Below, piece by piece: positions 36,953 to 46,654 of a stretch of DNA of 64,000 nt (positions are counted from its first letter, which is position 1; each line of letters begins with the position of its first letter). The notes below the pieces were generated by a model that had not been told where the DNA came from, did no database searches, and saw only the letters and a program-made list of their open reading frames with translations. The position numbers and the translations under genes were made by a program. This DNA comes from Bacteroidales bacterium (lineage in GTDB: Bacteria > Bacteroidota > Bacteroidia > Bacteroidales > UBA12481): contig JAQUCP010000007.1 of the NCBI GenBank assembly GCA_028686135.1, positions 49,647 to 113,646 on the forward strand. Reading direction: 5' to 3'.

Positions 36953-38467
36953 ATGAATCACCTCCGAACTATAGTTTTTGTTTTATTACTGATTTCCAAT
37001 ACTTTATATTCCCAAGAGAAGCTATCTGATGGATATCAGCGCTTTATGTACGGGAATGGGCAGGTATCGAGCGAGGGGATGATCCGGGATGGTAAACCTG
37101 ATGGCCGATGGATCTCTTATCATGTCAACGGCAAAGTTAAATCAGAAGGGATCAGAACCAACTTTGAGCTGGATTCGATCTGGAACTTTTATGATGAGGA
37201 GGGAAACCTCACGGATGAGATCAGCTACCTGAACGGAAAAAAGAGTGGATATCACAACCGTTATCAGAATAAAATTCCGGTATTCAAGGAGTTATACCTG
37301 GATAACATCCGCCAAGGATTGTCGTATTATTATGACAAGGATGGTGAGCTGGAGCGATTGGTTCGGTATCGTGATGGAAAGAAGCATGGACTGACGCGGG
37401 AGTATGAGAATAGGTTGGTGCAGGTGATTTACCGATATCACAACGATTTTTTAATTGATCGGGAGTACATCAACCAGAAGGATTCACAGGGGCGTAAGCA
37501 AGGAGTGTGGCGGGAATATTTTGATAATGACAATATTAAATCAGAATCTCACTATAAAAATGATCTTCTCAACGGGTATTCCAGAGAGTATAGCCAGTCG
37601 GGGAAGCTGTTATCGAGCCGTTTTTATGAAAATGGCCAGCTGATCGAGGAGGGAATCGCGGATGAAATCCAGGCTGAAGTGAGGAATCAGTACGATGAGG
37701 ATGGCAACTTGATTGCCAGTGGCAGCTTTATCAACAACGTTCCGGTCGGGATTCACCGCGAATATCTCAGGGAGAAATCTCAGGTTAAGGTTGATGAGTA
37801 CGACAACAGCGGTCAGGTGATTTCAACGGGGGTAACTACCGACAAAGGAAACAAGGAGGAGTTTTGGCAGTTTTTTTATTCCGGTGGACAGGTGCGGTTG
37901 GAAGGAAACTATAAAAATGATAAGCGCAGCGGGGTTTGGAAGTTTTATTATCCTGATGGGGAACTTGAGCAGACTGGTTCTTACCGCAACGGATTAGAGG
38001 ATGGTTTATGGACTTGGTATTATCGTGGTGGGCAGATCAGGAGGGAAGAAAATTATCTGATGGGTCGGGAAGATGGCTTATCAGTTGAGTATGACCGTAA
38101 TGGAGAAGAGATTGCGCGAGGAGATTTTATCGATGGATTAGAGGAGGGTGAATGGTTTTTGAAGGTTGGTGAACAGATTGAGAAGGGCGTTTATCGGGCT
38201 GGCTTACGTCAGGGAACTTGGCGGCACTACTATATCGACGGTACTCTTAAGTTTGAGGGCGATTATGTACAGGGTATTCCAAATGGTCGGCATCGGTATT
38301 ATCATGAGAATGGAAAAATTAAGGAGGAACAGTATTACCGGGTTGGCTCGCGGGAAAAGAGCTGGTGGGTTTTTGATACGGAAGGTAACGTGGTGATTTC
38401 GTATGTTTACAGCAATGATAAGCTAATTCGGGTTGACGGGATCAAGGTTAATCTTGAGGTAGATTAA
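36953..38467 (+). CDS. Secreted MORN-variant repeat protein (YwqK-like repeat family)
   Basis: Signal peptide, then about 20 iterations of the G.W..YY.NG......Y.NG...G motif. Confidence 0.8.
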   Translation: MNHLRTIVFVLLLISNTLYSQEKLSDGYQRFMYGNGQVSSEGMIRDGKPDGRWISYHVNGKVKSEGIRTNFELDSIWNFYDEEGNLTDEISYLNGKKSGYHNRYQNKIPVFKELYLDNIRQGLSYYYDKDGELERLVRYRDGKKHGLTREYENRLVQVIYRYHNDFLIDREYINQKDSQGRKQGVWREYFDNDNIKSESHYKNDLLNGYSREYSQSGKLLSSRFYENGQLIEEGIADEIQAEVRNQYDEDGNLIASGSFINNVPVGIHREYLREKSQVKVDEYDNSGQVISTGVTTDKGNKEEFWQFFYSGGQVRLEGNYKNDKRSGVWKFYYPDGELEQTGSYRNGLEDGLWTWYYRGGQIRREENYLMGREDGLSVEYDRNGEEIARGDFIDGLEEGEWFLKVGEQIEKGVYRAGLRQGTWRHYYIDGTLKFEGDYVQGIPNGRHRYYHENGKIKEEQYYRVGSREKSWWVFDTEGNVVISYVYSNDKLIRVDGIKVNLEVD

Positions 38468-38492
38468 AAGCTTAGAAATAGATTAAAGATTT

Positions 38493-39515
38493 ATGCCAGA
38501 GCCAATTAACATCAGGGGAGAAGCATCTGAGCAGTCGGAACGGGAGTTTGAAAACAGGCTCAGGCCAGTGCAATTTCGCGATTTTGCGGGTCAGGAGAAG
38601 GTCGTGGATAATCTGAAGATCTTTGTTAGAGCTGCTATGATGCGCGGAGATGCCCTCGATCATGTTCTTTTGCATGGACCTCCGGGTTTAGGTAAAACCA
38701 CACTTTCTCATATCATTGCAAAAGAGCTGAATGTTGGTATGAAGATGACTTCCGGCCCGGTACTTGATAAGCCGGGGGATTTAGCAGGGCTGCTGACGTC
38801 GCTCGAACAGGGCGATGTGCTTTTTATTGATGAGATTCACCGATTGAGTCCTGTGGTGGAAGAGTATCTCTATTCTGCCATGGAGGATTATCGTATTGAT
38901 ATCATGATTGACCGTGGACCGGGAGCGCGCTCTATCCAGATCGATCTGAGTCCGTTTACTTTGATTGGGGCAACAACGCGATCGGGTTTGTTAACCAGTC
39001 CGTTACGAGCCCGATTTGGAATTACCTGTTACTTAGAGTATTACAATAAAGAAATCCTGAATACGATCGTTCGTCGGTCGGCCCGAATTTTGAGCGTATC
39101 CATTACTGATGAAGCCGCGGCAGAAATTGCCATGCGCAGTCGCGGAACTCCAAGGATCGCAAATGCACTGCTTCGGCGGGTGCGTGATTTCGCTCAGGTG
39201 ATCGGTGACGGGAATATCGGACTGGATATTACCAGGCATGCTCTTTCGGCGTTGAATATTGATATGAACGGTCTCGATGAGATGGATAATCGGATTCTCT
39301 CAGCTATTGTAGATAAATTCAGTGGCGGGCCCGTTGGTTTGTCCACTATTGCGGTATCGGTAGGCGAGGAACCCGGCACCATCGAGGAGGTTTATGAGCC
39401 TTTCCTGATCCAGGAAGGTTATTTGAAAAGGACACCCCGTGGCCGAGAAGCCACAGAAAAGGCGTATCTTCACCTCGGGAAGATCAGCGGGTCGTCCCAG
39501 ACAAGGTTGTTTTAA
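38493..39515 (+). CDS. ruvB: Holliday junction branch migration helicase RuvB
   Basis: LRP..F.DF.GQ, Walker [10 protein letters not shown], Walker [29 protein letters not shown]. Confidence 0.97.
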   Translation: MPEPINIRGEASEQSEREFENRLRPVQFRDFAGQEKVVDNLKIFVRAAMMRGDALDHVLLHGPPGLGKTTLSHIIAKELNVGMKMTSGPVLDKPGDLAGLLTSLEQGDVLFIDEIHRLSPVVEEYLYSAMEDYRIDIMIDRGPGARSIQIDLSPFTLIGATTRSGLLTSPLRARFGITCYLEYYNKEILNTIVRRSARILSVSITDEAAAEIAMRSRGTPRIANALLRRVRDFAQVIGDGNIGLDITRHALSALNIDMNGLDEMDNRILSAIVDKFSGGPVGLSTIAVSVGEEPGTIEEVYEPFLIQEGYLKRTPRGREATEKAYLHLGKISGSSQTRLF

Positions 39516-39534
39516 TTTTAAAAAGGTTTTAAAA

Positions 39535-42093
39535 ATGAAAAGGTATTGGCTCATACCGGGCATAGCCTTGCCGGTTGTAGCACTCATCCTGGCGATGATC
39601 TTAACCGTGCCGGGTAAAATTATGCCTGAGCCCATTGAAGACAAAATCTCTGAAGATCCTGAAAAAAAGCATCTTAGAGAAGAGTGGATTGAACAAATGC
39701 ACCTAACGGCTCCGGGAGTCGACTGGCGCGAGATGGATAAACAGACTCGATTAGAGCTGTATCAAAAACGTTTGCCTGCATTGCAGCAAGCTCGTGCTGC
39801 CGGACTGAAAAGCGGTGCACTCGAGTCGATCGCTGACGGAGTGTTGACAGGTCGATGGTTGGAAAAAGGAAGTAAAAACCTGGCTGGCCGGACACACTGC
39901 TCTGATATCGATTTTGAAAACGAAAGACTGTATGTTGCTTCGGACGGCGGGCAAATTTGGACAGCGACACCGGACGGGCGCGACTGGGTCTCCCTGTCAG
40001 ATCCCTATCGGATCGATAATATTCAGTTTTTACGGGTATTTCCAAATGATCAGGGTGGAACCCGTATCCTGGTGGCCAATAGGCGGATGCAAATGCACTA
40101 TACCGATGATATGGGTACCACCTGGAAAACAGCGATTGGCCTGGAAGGTTATGCACAGTATGACCAGCTGAGAGCTGTGAGTCAGGCAGATGGTACGATC
40201 TACATCCTTGGATACCGGAATAGCGCCTTGTACCTCTTCCGCTCCACCGATCTGGGTAGCTCTTTTACCCGCATCGTCCGGCTGATGAGTAAATCCAACA
40301 AGTCTGATTTGTGGACCGATCGGTTTGGGAAGGATACCGTTTTCATGATCAGCCAAAATCAGGTTTATTATCTGGAAGATAGTACACAATTTGTGAAAAT
40401 GGGTGATGTGCCTACCAGTTTTGGAAGTGGCGAGGTTCAACAGATCCAGTTGGCAGGGACAACAGCAGAAGGGAAAAACCGTCTCTATGCTATGTATCGT
40501 ATCGAGGGCAGCAGCCGGTTTTATGGCATGAAGGATGATGGAATAACTTGGGAAGCAAGAGGTTCGTCAAATGAAGGACCTTTCATGGATAATAGTTTCA
40601 CCGTTTCAACCACTAATCACCGACTGCTCGGATTTGGTGGGGTTGAGGCCTATTACAGTGAGCTTGGTGGCATCAGCTGGACATCTGTCAATGGTTGGGG
40701 CGAGTATTATGGCGATATGGTAGGTAAGCTTCATGCTGATATTCCTGAAATTGAGTTCTTTAAGACTCCTGATGGTCGGGAAATCACCTACATCAGTACC
40801 GATGGTGGAACTTATCTATCGAGCGATCAGATGAAAACGGTTACCAATGTGTCGCTTAAGGACTTGAATATCAGTCAGTATTACTCGACCTACACACATC
40901 GTACCCGAAATGAGATTGTCTATGCCGGGGCCCAGGATCAAGGATTTCAGCGGTCGTTAAGTGCGCTCAATGGCATTGCCGAGTTTGAACAGATCATTAG
41001 TGGCGACTACGGTCATATTGTATCGGGTGATGGCGGGGTGAGTCTTTGGACCGTATATCCGGGATTTGCGATGTATTTGCCTGATGCAGCTGGTGATGGC
41101 GGGTTAACCATGTGGGATTTCGCTGGAGATAATCATTTTTGGATGCCTCCGCTGATGGCTGATCCATACAATCCGAAGCGTGTCTGGTTAGCCGGAGGAA
41201 CTACCAATACCGGGAACCATTTATGGATGTTGGAGTGGAACAATGGATCGATCAGGCCGACTGAGCATCAGTATGATTTCAGTGGCAATACGGGAGCCTG
41301 GATATCATCCATGGCCTATTCGCCGATCAACCGTGATTACCGTTATGTGCTCAATTCGCACGGGGTATTTTATGTCTCGAGCGACCGAGGCACTACCTGG
41401 ACTGCCTCAACCAACCGGGGCCCAGGATCACACTATTTTTACGGGAATGCCATAGTTCCTTCACCTAAGGATATTAACACGATCTACCTGGCCGGCAGCG
41501 GCTATTCCGGTAGTTCGGTCTGGGTGTCAAGAGATGGCGGAGTGACTTTCGAACCCATGAGTAACGGCCTGCCGAATACGCTGATCTATGAAATGACCTG
41601 TAACGAAGACGGGTCGCTACTGTTTGCTGCTTCAGAGGTGGCTCCATGGGTGTATGTGAAGTCGGAAGATCAGTGGTATGATCTTTCCGGAATAGGAGCA
41701 CCGCAGCAGACCTGGTGGTCGGTTGATTATGTTCCGTCGCTAAAAACTGCCCGTTTCGGCACGTACGGAAGGGGTATCTGGGACTTTAAGATTGAAACGT
41801 TCACTGGTATTGAGGATATCCCGGCGCAGGAGCAGATTTTCACCCTGAGTGCCTGGCCGAATCCTTTCACTGAGCGCCTGACACTGGGCACATCGGTTTA
41901 TCTCCACGATCCGTCGATCGTAGAACTCATCAGCTTGGATGGCCGGGTGGTGAAATCCATCCGGATAGAGGAGCCCCTTGATCCGGGCAGCCCAAAAGAG
42001 ATTGATGTCAGCGATCTGAGACCGGGGTTGTACCTGTTGTCAGTACAAAATGGCAAAGACCGTCAGGTGTTAAGGGTTGGTAAAACCCAGTGA
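39535..42093 (+). CDS. Secreted BNR/Asp-box repeat (sialidase/GH74-like beta-propeller) protein with a T9SS C-terminal sorting domain
   Basis: Multiple Asp-box-like motifs (TDDMGTTW, STDLGSSF, KDDGITW, SSDRGTTW, SRDGGVTF). The C-terminal ~80 aa (WPNPF...LYLLSV...) match the Por secretion tail. I place the start at ATG 39535 (MKRYWLIPGIALPVVAL); the track form overlaps ruvB. Confidence 0.8.
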   Translation: MKRYWLIPGIALPVVALILAMILTVPGKIMPEPIEDKISEDPEKKHLREEWIEQMHLTAPGVDWREMDKQTRLELYQKRLPALQQARAAGLKSGALESIADGVLTGRWLEKGSKNLAGRTHCSDIDFENERLYVASDGGQIWTATPDGRDWVSLSDPYRIDNIQFLRVFPNDQGGTRILVANRRMQMHYTDDMGTTWKTAIGLEGYAQYDQLRAVSQADGTIYILGYRNSALYLFRSTDLGSSFTRIVRLMSKSNKSDLWTDRFGKDTVFMISQNQVYYLEDSTQFVKMGDVPTSFGSGEVQQIQLAGTTAEGKNRLYAMYRIEGSSRFYGMKDDGITWEARGSSNEGPFMDNSFTVSTTNHRLLGFGGVEAYYSELGGISWTSVNGWGEYYGDMVGKLHADIPEIEFFKTPDGREITYISTDGGTYLSSDQMKTVTNVSLKDLNISQYYSTYTHRTRNEIVYAGAQDQGFQRSLSALNGIAEFEQIISGDYGHIVSGDGGVSLWTVYPGFAMYLPDAAGDGGLTMWDFAGDNHFWMPPLMADPYNPKRVWLAGGTTNTGNHLWMLEWNNGSIRPTEHQYDFSGNTGAWISSMAYSPINRDYRYVLNSHGVFYVSSDRGTTWTASTNRGPGSHYFYGNAIVPSPKDINTIYLAGSGYSGSSVWVSRDGGVTFEPMSNGLPNTLIYEMTCNEDGSLLFAASEVAPWVYVKSEDQWYDLSGIGAPQQTWWSVDYVPSLKTARFGTYGRGIWDFKIETFTGIEDIPAQEQIFTLSAWPNPFTERLTLGTSVYLHDPSIVELISLDGRVVKSIRIEEPLDPGSPKEIDVSDLRPGLYLLSVQNGKDRQVLRVGKTQ

Positions 42094-43430
42094 TCCATCT
42101 GTTCGAGAATATCTTTCCTGAGTTTCGCCAGCCGTAGCTCATCCGGGCGTTTACGGCTGGTGAACCAGGTAAACCGTATCTTGGAACGCCATTTCCTGTT
42201 TTCGAACATGTAATGGAGCATATACACTCCGGCTGGCAGCAGCGAGAGCAGGAACGGGAACCAAACCCAGAAACTCTTGAATATCAAACCGATAATAAGA
42301 GTCATTAAGAAATATGAGATGGGCATAAGCACCAGCATGCTGATCACATAGGCTGCTGTAGCCCGGAATTGGGGGTCTTTAAACAGGTTTCGTGAGATAT
42401 ACAGTGGAATGCGGAACAGGTGATAATTGGTGATTAGGGCAAACAGGTGGAGTGGAAAGCCCAGGCCGAGCCAAAGGGTGTTCCAGAGTATTTTCAGGGG
42501 GTTATAAGGAGCTCGTGCCACGGTATGATCGCGGTAGTTATGTTTGTTGAGTAACCCCATATATTCGTTTACCTGATCGTTTAAGCGGGTCATGCTATCC
42601 GGATCCTGCTCCCGTTTTTCGCCCAGGAGGCGGATCATTTTTTTGTCGGCTTCGAACTTATCGAAAAGAGTTTTTGAGGGTAGGTTTAGCAGTTGGCGGT
42701 AGCGTGGGCCATAGATTAGCCGGAGGGCCATGATAGAGTCATACACCTCTAACCATGGGATCTCAATCATGTGTGGCTCAATATTTTTCCTGATCCGATT
42801 ATTGAGTTCTCGCATGGCTTTCTGCGGCTCCGACCGGTAGAGTTCTTTCAGGTCGGTAATGGTGATTGGTTCGCCATAACTGATAGTTAATCGCCCGCGG
42901 ACATTATCGTAATTGGAGTAATCGATACCGGTGGGGACGATTTTCAGTCGGAGTTTAAAATCAGACTGATCTTCAGCTTCAAAGGCAATGCGGGCAAGGC
43001 CTTTTTTGAGTGGTCTGAACCATCGTTGGGAGTTATGGTTTCCTTCGGGAAAGAGGCACAGGGCGTGGCCGGTGCGGAGGATTTCGCTGCAACGGTCGAA
43101 CACCTCTTGGTTTTTTCCTAGTGTATCAAATCCATCACGAATTCGATATACCGGCATCATTTTCAAGAAGTTAAGAATTCTTGCGATTCGTTTATTCTTA
43201 AAAAGGTCGGCGCGCGACAGGAATACTGGTTGTTGTTTAATGGTGGTGACAAAGACCAGGGCATCCATCAGGGCATTTTGGTGATTGGGGGCAAAGATTA
43301 TTGGCTCGTCCGGTTTAAATTTTTCGAGGCCGCGAACTTCTGTTCGCCGATAGAAGATATTTCGGTAGCTGAACCGGATCCACCATCTGCCATAGTGATA
43401 GATCCAAGAAAATTTCTCTACTTTTTTCAT
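42063..43430 (-). CDS. Lysophospholipid/glycerol-3-phosphate acyltransferase family protein with a C-terminal membrane domain
   Basis: NHQNALMD (acyltransferase His/Asp motif region) and LFPEGNH, with hydrophobic helices in the C-terminal third. Confidence 0.75.
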   Translation of the reverse strand: MKKVEKFSWIYHYGRWWIRFSYRNIFYRRTEVRGLEKFKPDEPIIFAPNHQNALMDALVFVTTIKQQPVFLSRADLFKNKRIARILNFLKMMPVYRIRDGFDTLGKNQEVFDRCSEILRTGHALCLFPEGNHNSQRWFRPLKKGLARIAFEAEDQSDFKLRLKIVPTGIDYSNYDNVRGRLTISYGEPITITDLKELYRSEPQKAMRELNNRIRKNIEPHMIEIPWLEVYDSIMALRLIYGPRYRQLLNLPSKTLFDKFEADKKMIRLLGEKREQDPDSMTRLNDQVNEYMGLLNKHNYRDHTVARAPYNPLKILWNTLWLGLGFPLHLFALITNYHLFRIPLYISRNLFKDPQFRATAAYVISMLVLMPISYFLMTLIIGLIFKSFWVWFPFLLSLLPAGVYMLHYMFENRKWRSKIRFTWFTSRKRPDELRLAKLRKDILEQMDHWVLPTLNT

Positions 43431-43495
43431 AGACAGTTTAGGTTTCGAGAAACTACAAAAGCTATGATTTTGAATGGCTTGTGGTTTCTTAGCAG

Positions 43496-44197
43496 CTAAA
43501 AGCTAGCGATTTTTTTCAGTCCTGGGATATCCAGCAGACTGATTTTCCGTCCATGTAAATCGATCAGTCGGTCAGATTTAAATTCACTCAACAGCCGGAT
43601 CACTGATTCTGTTGCGGTGCCGACCATATTGGCCAACTCTTCGCGGGTGAGGGAGATCTGGAGTACTTTATCGTCGTCCAGGTTAAAGTTTTCCATCAAG
43701 AGCAGCAGAATTTCGGCCAGGCGTTCTCTGACTGTTTTTTGGGCGATATCGGTGATGAAGTTATTGGACTCACCCAACTCTCTACAAGTTAGTTGCATCA
43801 GGCGGATAGAAAACGCCGGATTATTTTTTACCAGAGAGAACAGGTTCTCAGATGGGATGAAGCAGAGAATAGCATCATCGATAACTTTGGCTGTTGTGCA
43901 GGCCAGTTCTTTGCTAAGCACTGAGCGGAACCCGATGATATCGCCCCATTTGGCGAATCGGATAATTTGCTCCTTTCCATCGATGCCAGTTTTGTAGATC
44001 TTGATGATCCCACGGTTGACACAATAGAAACCGTTAATCCGGTTTCCCTCATGATAGATGATGTTACCTCTTTTGTAAAGACTGCATCCCTTTCCGTTGT
44101 TGACAATTTCCAACTCTTCCGGGGTCAGGTCCTTGAACAGTTCATGGCCGTTAGCTAAGCACTCTTCGCAGGTTGGTACATGCTGAAGGTTTTTCAT
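43496..44197 (-). CDS. Crp/Fnr family transcriptional regulator
   Basis: cNMP-binding-like beta-roll followed by a C-terminal HTH (TREELANMVGTATESVIRLLSEF). An N-terminal CEEC motif is present. Confidence 0.9.
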   Translation of the reverse strand: MKNLQHVPTCEECLANGHELFKDLTPEELEIVNNGKGCSLYKRGNIIYHEGNRINGFYCVNRGIIKIYKTGIDGKEQIIRFAKWGDIIGFRSVLSKELACTTAKVIDDAILCFIPSENLFSLVKNNPAFSIRLMQLTCRELGESNNFITDIAQKTVRERLAEILLLLMENFNLDDDKVLQISLTREELANMVGTATESVIRLLSEFKSDRLIDLHGRKISLLDIPGLKKIASF

Positions 44198-44238
44198 TCC
44201 TCCTCCTTACTGGTCAAAAAAAACAAACCGAACGAAAA

Positions 44239-44252
44239 CCTGACAAATGTCA
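44239..44252. promoter_or_regulatory. Palindrome CTGACA-AA-TGTCAG in the divergent Crp/Fnr-OsmC spacer, candidate operator
   Basis: Read directly. It lies 42-55 nt from the regulator start and 45-58 nt from the OsmC start. Confidence 0.4.
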
Positions 44253-44296
44253 GTCTTGTCCGATGGGCAAATATATATAATTTAACCCCAAAAAAG

Positions 44297-44710
44297 ATGG
44301 AAAAGGAGATTTCAATTGAATGGAAAGGCAATATGGCCTTTGAAGCGAATGTTGATGGTTTCCGTGTGATGATGGATGCTGTTCCTGAGGTTGGCGGTCA
44401 GGATTTAGGTCCGACCCCGAAGCCTTTACTGATGGCATCGTTGGGTGGTTGCACTGCGATGGATGTGATTTCCATGCTGAAAAAGATGCGCCAGGAGGTA
44501 GAAACGATGAGTATCAAGTTGATCGGAACGCTAACGGAGGAGCATCCCAAGCACTACACAGCCATTCATCTGGTGTATCAGTTTACCGGCAAGGACCTGG
44601 ATCCGGATAAGCTACGTAAAGCAATTGATTTGTCACAGGATCGCTATTGCGGGGTGAGCGAAACCCTCCGAAAAGGCGTAAAGATCAGTTACGATGTTGA
44701 GGTAATCTGA
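44297..44710 (+). CDS. OsmC family peroxiredoxin-like protein
   Basis: GPTPKPLLMASLGGCTAMDVISMLKKMR and the second Cys in DRYCGVS. I place the start at ATG 44297; the track form runs into the divergent promoter. Confidence 0.9.
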   Translation: MEKEISIEWKGNMAFEANVDGFRVMMDAVPEVGGQDLGPTPKPLLMASLGGCTAMDVISMLKKMRQEVETMSIKLIGTLTEEHPKHYTAIHLVYQFTGKDLDPDKLRKAIDLSQDRYCGVSETLRKGVKISYDVEVI

Positions 44711-44746
44711 TCTTAGAGTGCTTTTTAATTGATAATCAGTGCTTTA

Positions 44747-45766
44747 TTAAACAGTTGGTTCGAACTGTTTAAGGAATCGCACATCGTTTTCGAAGAGGAG
44801 GCGGATATCGCGGATGCCGTATTTGAGGAGGGCGATTCGTTCGATGCCCATTCCGAAGGCGAAACCGGTGTACTCTTGGCTATTGATTCCTACGCTATCC
44901 AGCACGTTAGGGTCCACCATTCCACAACCCAGAATTTCCAGCCATCCGGTGTGTTTACAGAGGGTACAGCCTTTGCCACCGCAGAGGGAGCAGGAGACGT
45001 CCATTTCGGCTGAGGGTTCGGTAAATGGGAAGTAGGAGGGGCGGAGGCGAATTTTGGTATCACGACCGAACATTTCCTGAGCAAAAAAGAAAAGAGTCTG
45101 TCGCAGATCGGCGAATGAGACGTTCTTGTCGATGTAGAGGCCTTCCACCTGATGGAAGATGCAGTGTGACCGGGCGGAGATGGCTTCATTACGGAAAACA
45201 CGGCCCGGGCTGATGGTTCGGATGGGTGGTTTTTGATGTTCCATCACCCTGACTTGCACGGATGAGGTGTGGGTGCGGAGGAGAATATCCGGGTTTTGGT
45301 TGAGGAAGAAAGTATCCTGCATATCGCGCGCCGGGTGTTCGGGCGGGAAGTTGAGGGCGGAGAACACATGCCAATCGTCCTCGATCTCCGGACCGGTAGA
45401 AATGACAAAGCCCAGCCGTTTAAAAATCTCACAGATCTGGTTTTTCACCATGGAAACTGGGTGGCGGGTTCCGCTGATCAGCGGTGATCCGGGCAGTGAA
45501 TAATCAATTCCGGCATCAACCGTATGAGTTTTTTGAAGCGTATCGGACAGTGCTTTGATTTTTTCTAATGCATTGTTTTTCAATACATTGAGTGGCTGGC
45601 CGAATAATCTTTTCTCTTGTGGGGGGATATTTTTAAACTCCTCGAACAGGAGGGTAATGGAGCCTTTTTTGCCGAAGAGGCTGATCCGGAACTCTTCGAG
45701 TTTAGCAGGATTATCGGTAGTAAATGATGCTACTTCGGCGGTTAGTTGGTTGATTCTATCGTTCAT
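44747..45766 (-). CDS. pheS: Phenylalanine--tRNA ligase alpha subunit
   Basis: Class II motifs (HPARDMQDTF, GRVFRNE, GFAFGMGIERIA). Confidence 0.97.
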   Translation of the reverse strand: MNDRINQLTAEVASFTTDNPAKLEEFRISLFGKKGSITLLFEEFKNIPPQEKRLFGQPLNVLKNNALEKIKALSDTLQKTHTVDAGIDYSLPGSPLISGTRHPVSMVKNQICEIFKRLGFVISTGPEIEDDWHVFSALNFPPEHPARDMQDTFFLNQNPDILLRTHTSSVQVRVMEHQKPPIRTISPGRVFRNEAISARSHCIFHQVEGLYIDKNVSFADLRQTLFFFAQEMFGRDTKIRLRPSYFPFTEPSAEMDVSCSLCGGKGCTLCKHTGWLEILGCGMVDPNVLDSVGINSQEYTGFAFGMGIERIALLKYGIRDIRLLFENDVRFLKQFEPTV

Positions 45767-46425
45767 TTTAGGATGGTGATGGAGAGGATTTTGACATCAT
45801 CGAGGGGTCGGTCGGAGCGATCGCGCTTAACCAGACCGATTTTTTCGGCTATTTCGACACCTTCAGTTACTTCGCCGAACACGGTATAATTATAATCTAA
45901 GGGAGGGTATCCGCCGATGGTGGTATAGATTTGGCGCTGTTCGTCAGTGAATTTCGGGTGGGTATTGGTTGACTCCATCTGGTTCAGTTCATTGTTAGTC
46001 CAGACTTTTCCGGTGACGATATAGAACTGGGATCCAGACGATTCTTTTTTAGGGTTAGCCTGATCGCCAAGGCGTGCAGCAGCGAGGGCGCCTTTTTTGT
46101 GATACAGTTGAGGCCTGAACTCAGCCGGAACGGTATATCCTGGGTTTCCGGAGCCTAACCGATCGCCCGATTTTGCGTTTTTAGAGTTTGGATCGCCTGC
46201 CTGGATCATAAACCCCGGAATCACCCGGTGGAACAGGATTCCATCGTAGAATTTCTTATTGATCAGTTCGATAAAATTATCCCGATGCATTGGGGTGTCG
46301 TCATAAAGAAGCAGCGTGATTTCGCCGAGGGATGTTTTCATCCTGACTTGAGTCTGCTGTGCCTGATTTTCGCTCATCATGCTGAATATTACCAGGGTTA
46401 GTACTAAGAATATGGTTTTTTTCAT
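45763..46425 (-). CDS. Cyclophilin-type peptidyl-prolyl cis-trans isomerase, secreted
   Basis: FHRVIPGFMIQAGDP and SQFYI motifs, with an N-terminal signal peptide. Confidence 0.93.
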   Translation of the reverse strand: MKKTIFLVLTLVIFSMMSENQAQQTQVRMKTSLGEITLLLYDDTPMHRDNFIELINKKFYDGILFHRVIPGFMIQAGDPNSKNAKSGDRLGSGNPGYTVPAEFRPQLYHKKGALAAARLGDQANPKKESSGSQFYIVTGKVWTNNELNQMESTNTHPKFTDEQRQIYTTIGGYPPLDYNYTVFGEVTEGVEIAEKIGLVKRDRSDRPLDDVKILSITILK

Positions 46426-46533
46426 GGTGATATCAAATTAGCCTCGCAAGTTAGAAAAAATCGCCGTATGCTGATTTTTGGCTGCTTGTTCGATTATTGA
46501 AAAAGTCGTAATATTGCACCCCACACTCTTCTC

Positions 46534-46608
46534 GAGGCATTAGCTCAGTTGGTTTAGAGCGCTTGCTTGACAGGCAAGAGGTCACAGGTTCGAATCCCGT
46601 ATGCCTCA
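46534..46608 (+). tRNA. tRNA-Val (anticodon GAC)
   Basis: Hand-folded cloverleaf: acceptor GAGGCAT/ATGCCTC, D arm GCTC/GAGC, anticodon stem CTTGC/GCAAG with loop TTGACAG, and T arm ACAGG-TTCGAAT-CCCGT with one A:C mismatch. Discriminator is A and no CCA is encoded. Confidence 0.9.
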
Positions 46609-46617
46609 CAGAGTATC

Positions 46618-46654
46618 AACGACTTACAAGGTTAAACTGGTAGGTCGTTTTTTT
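46618..46654 (+). terminator. Rho-independent terminator after tRNA-Val
   Basis: A 10-bp stem AACGACTTAC/GTAGGTCGTT (one G:U pair) with a 12-nt loop, followed by a run of 7 T. It overlaps the stop codon of the convergent 407-aa gene. Confidence 0.6.

Noticed and set aside
42063-42093. 31-nt convergent overlap of the T9SS protein and acyltransferase 3' ends (and a 16-nt one at 5425-5440), considered as an antisense regulatory arrangement
   Set aside because: Short 3'-end overlaps are common in compact genomes and may partly reflect the last few non-conserved codons. No supporting structure is seen.
46486-46516. Possible Bacteroidota-type promoter for tRNA-Val (TTG at 46486-46488 and TAATATTG at 46509-46516, compared with the -33 TTTG / -7 TAnnTTTG consensus)
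   Set aside because: It has one mismatch in the -7 element and only a 3-nt -33 match. It is plausible but too weak to report as a feature without transcription start data.
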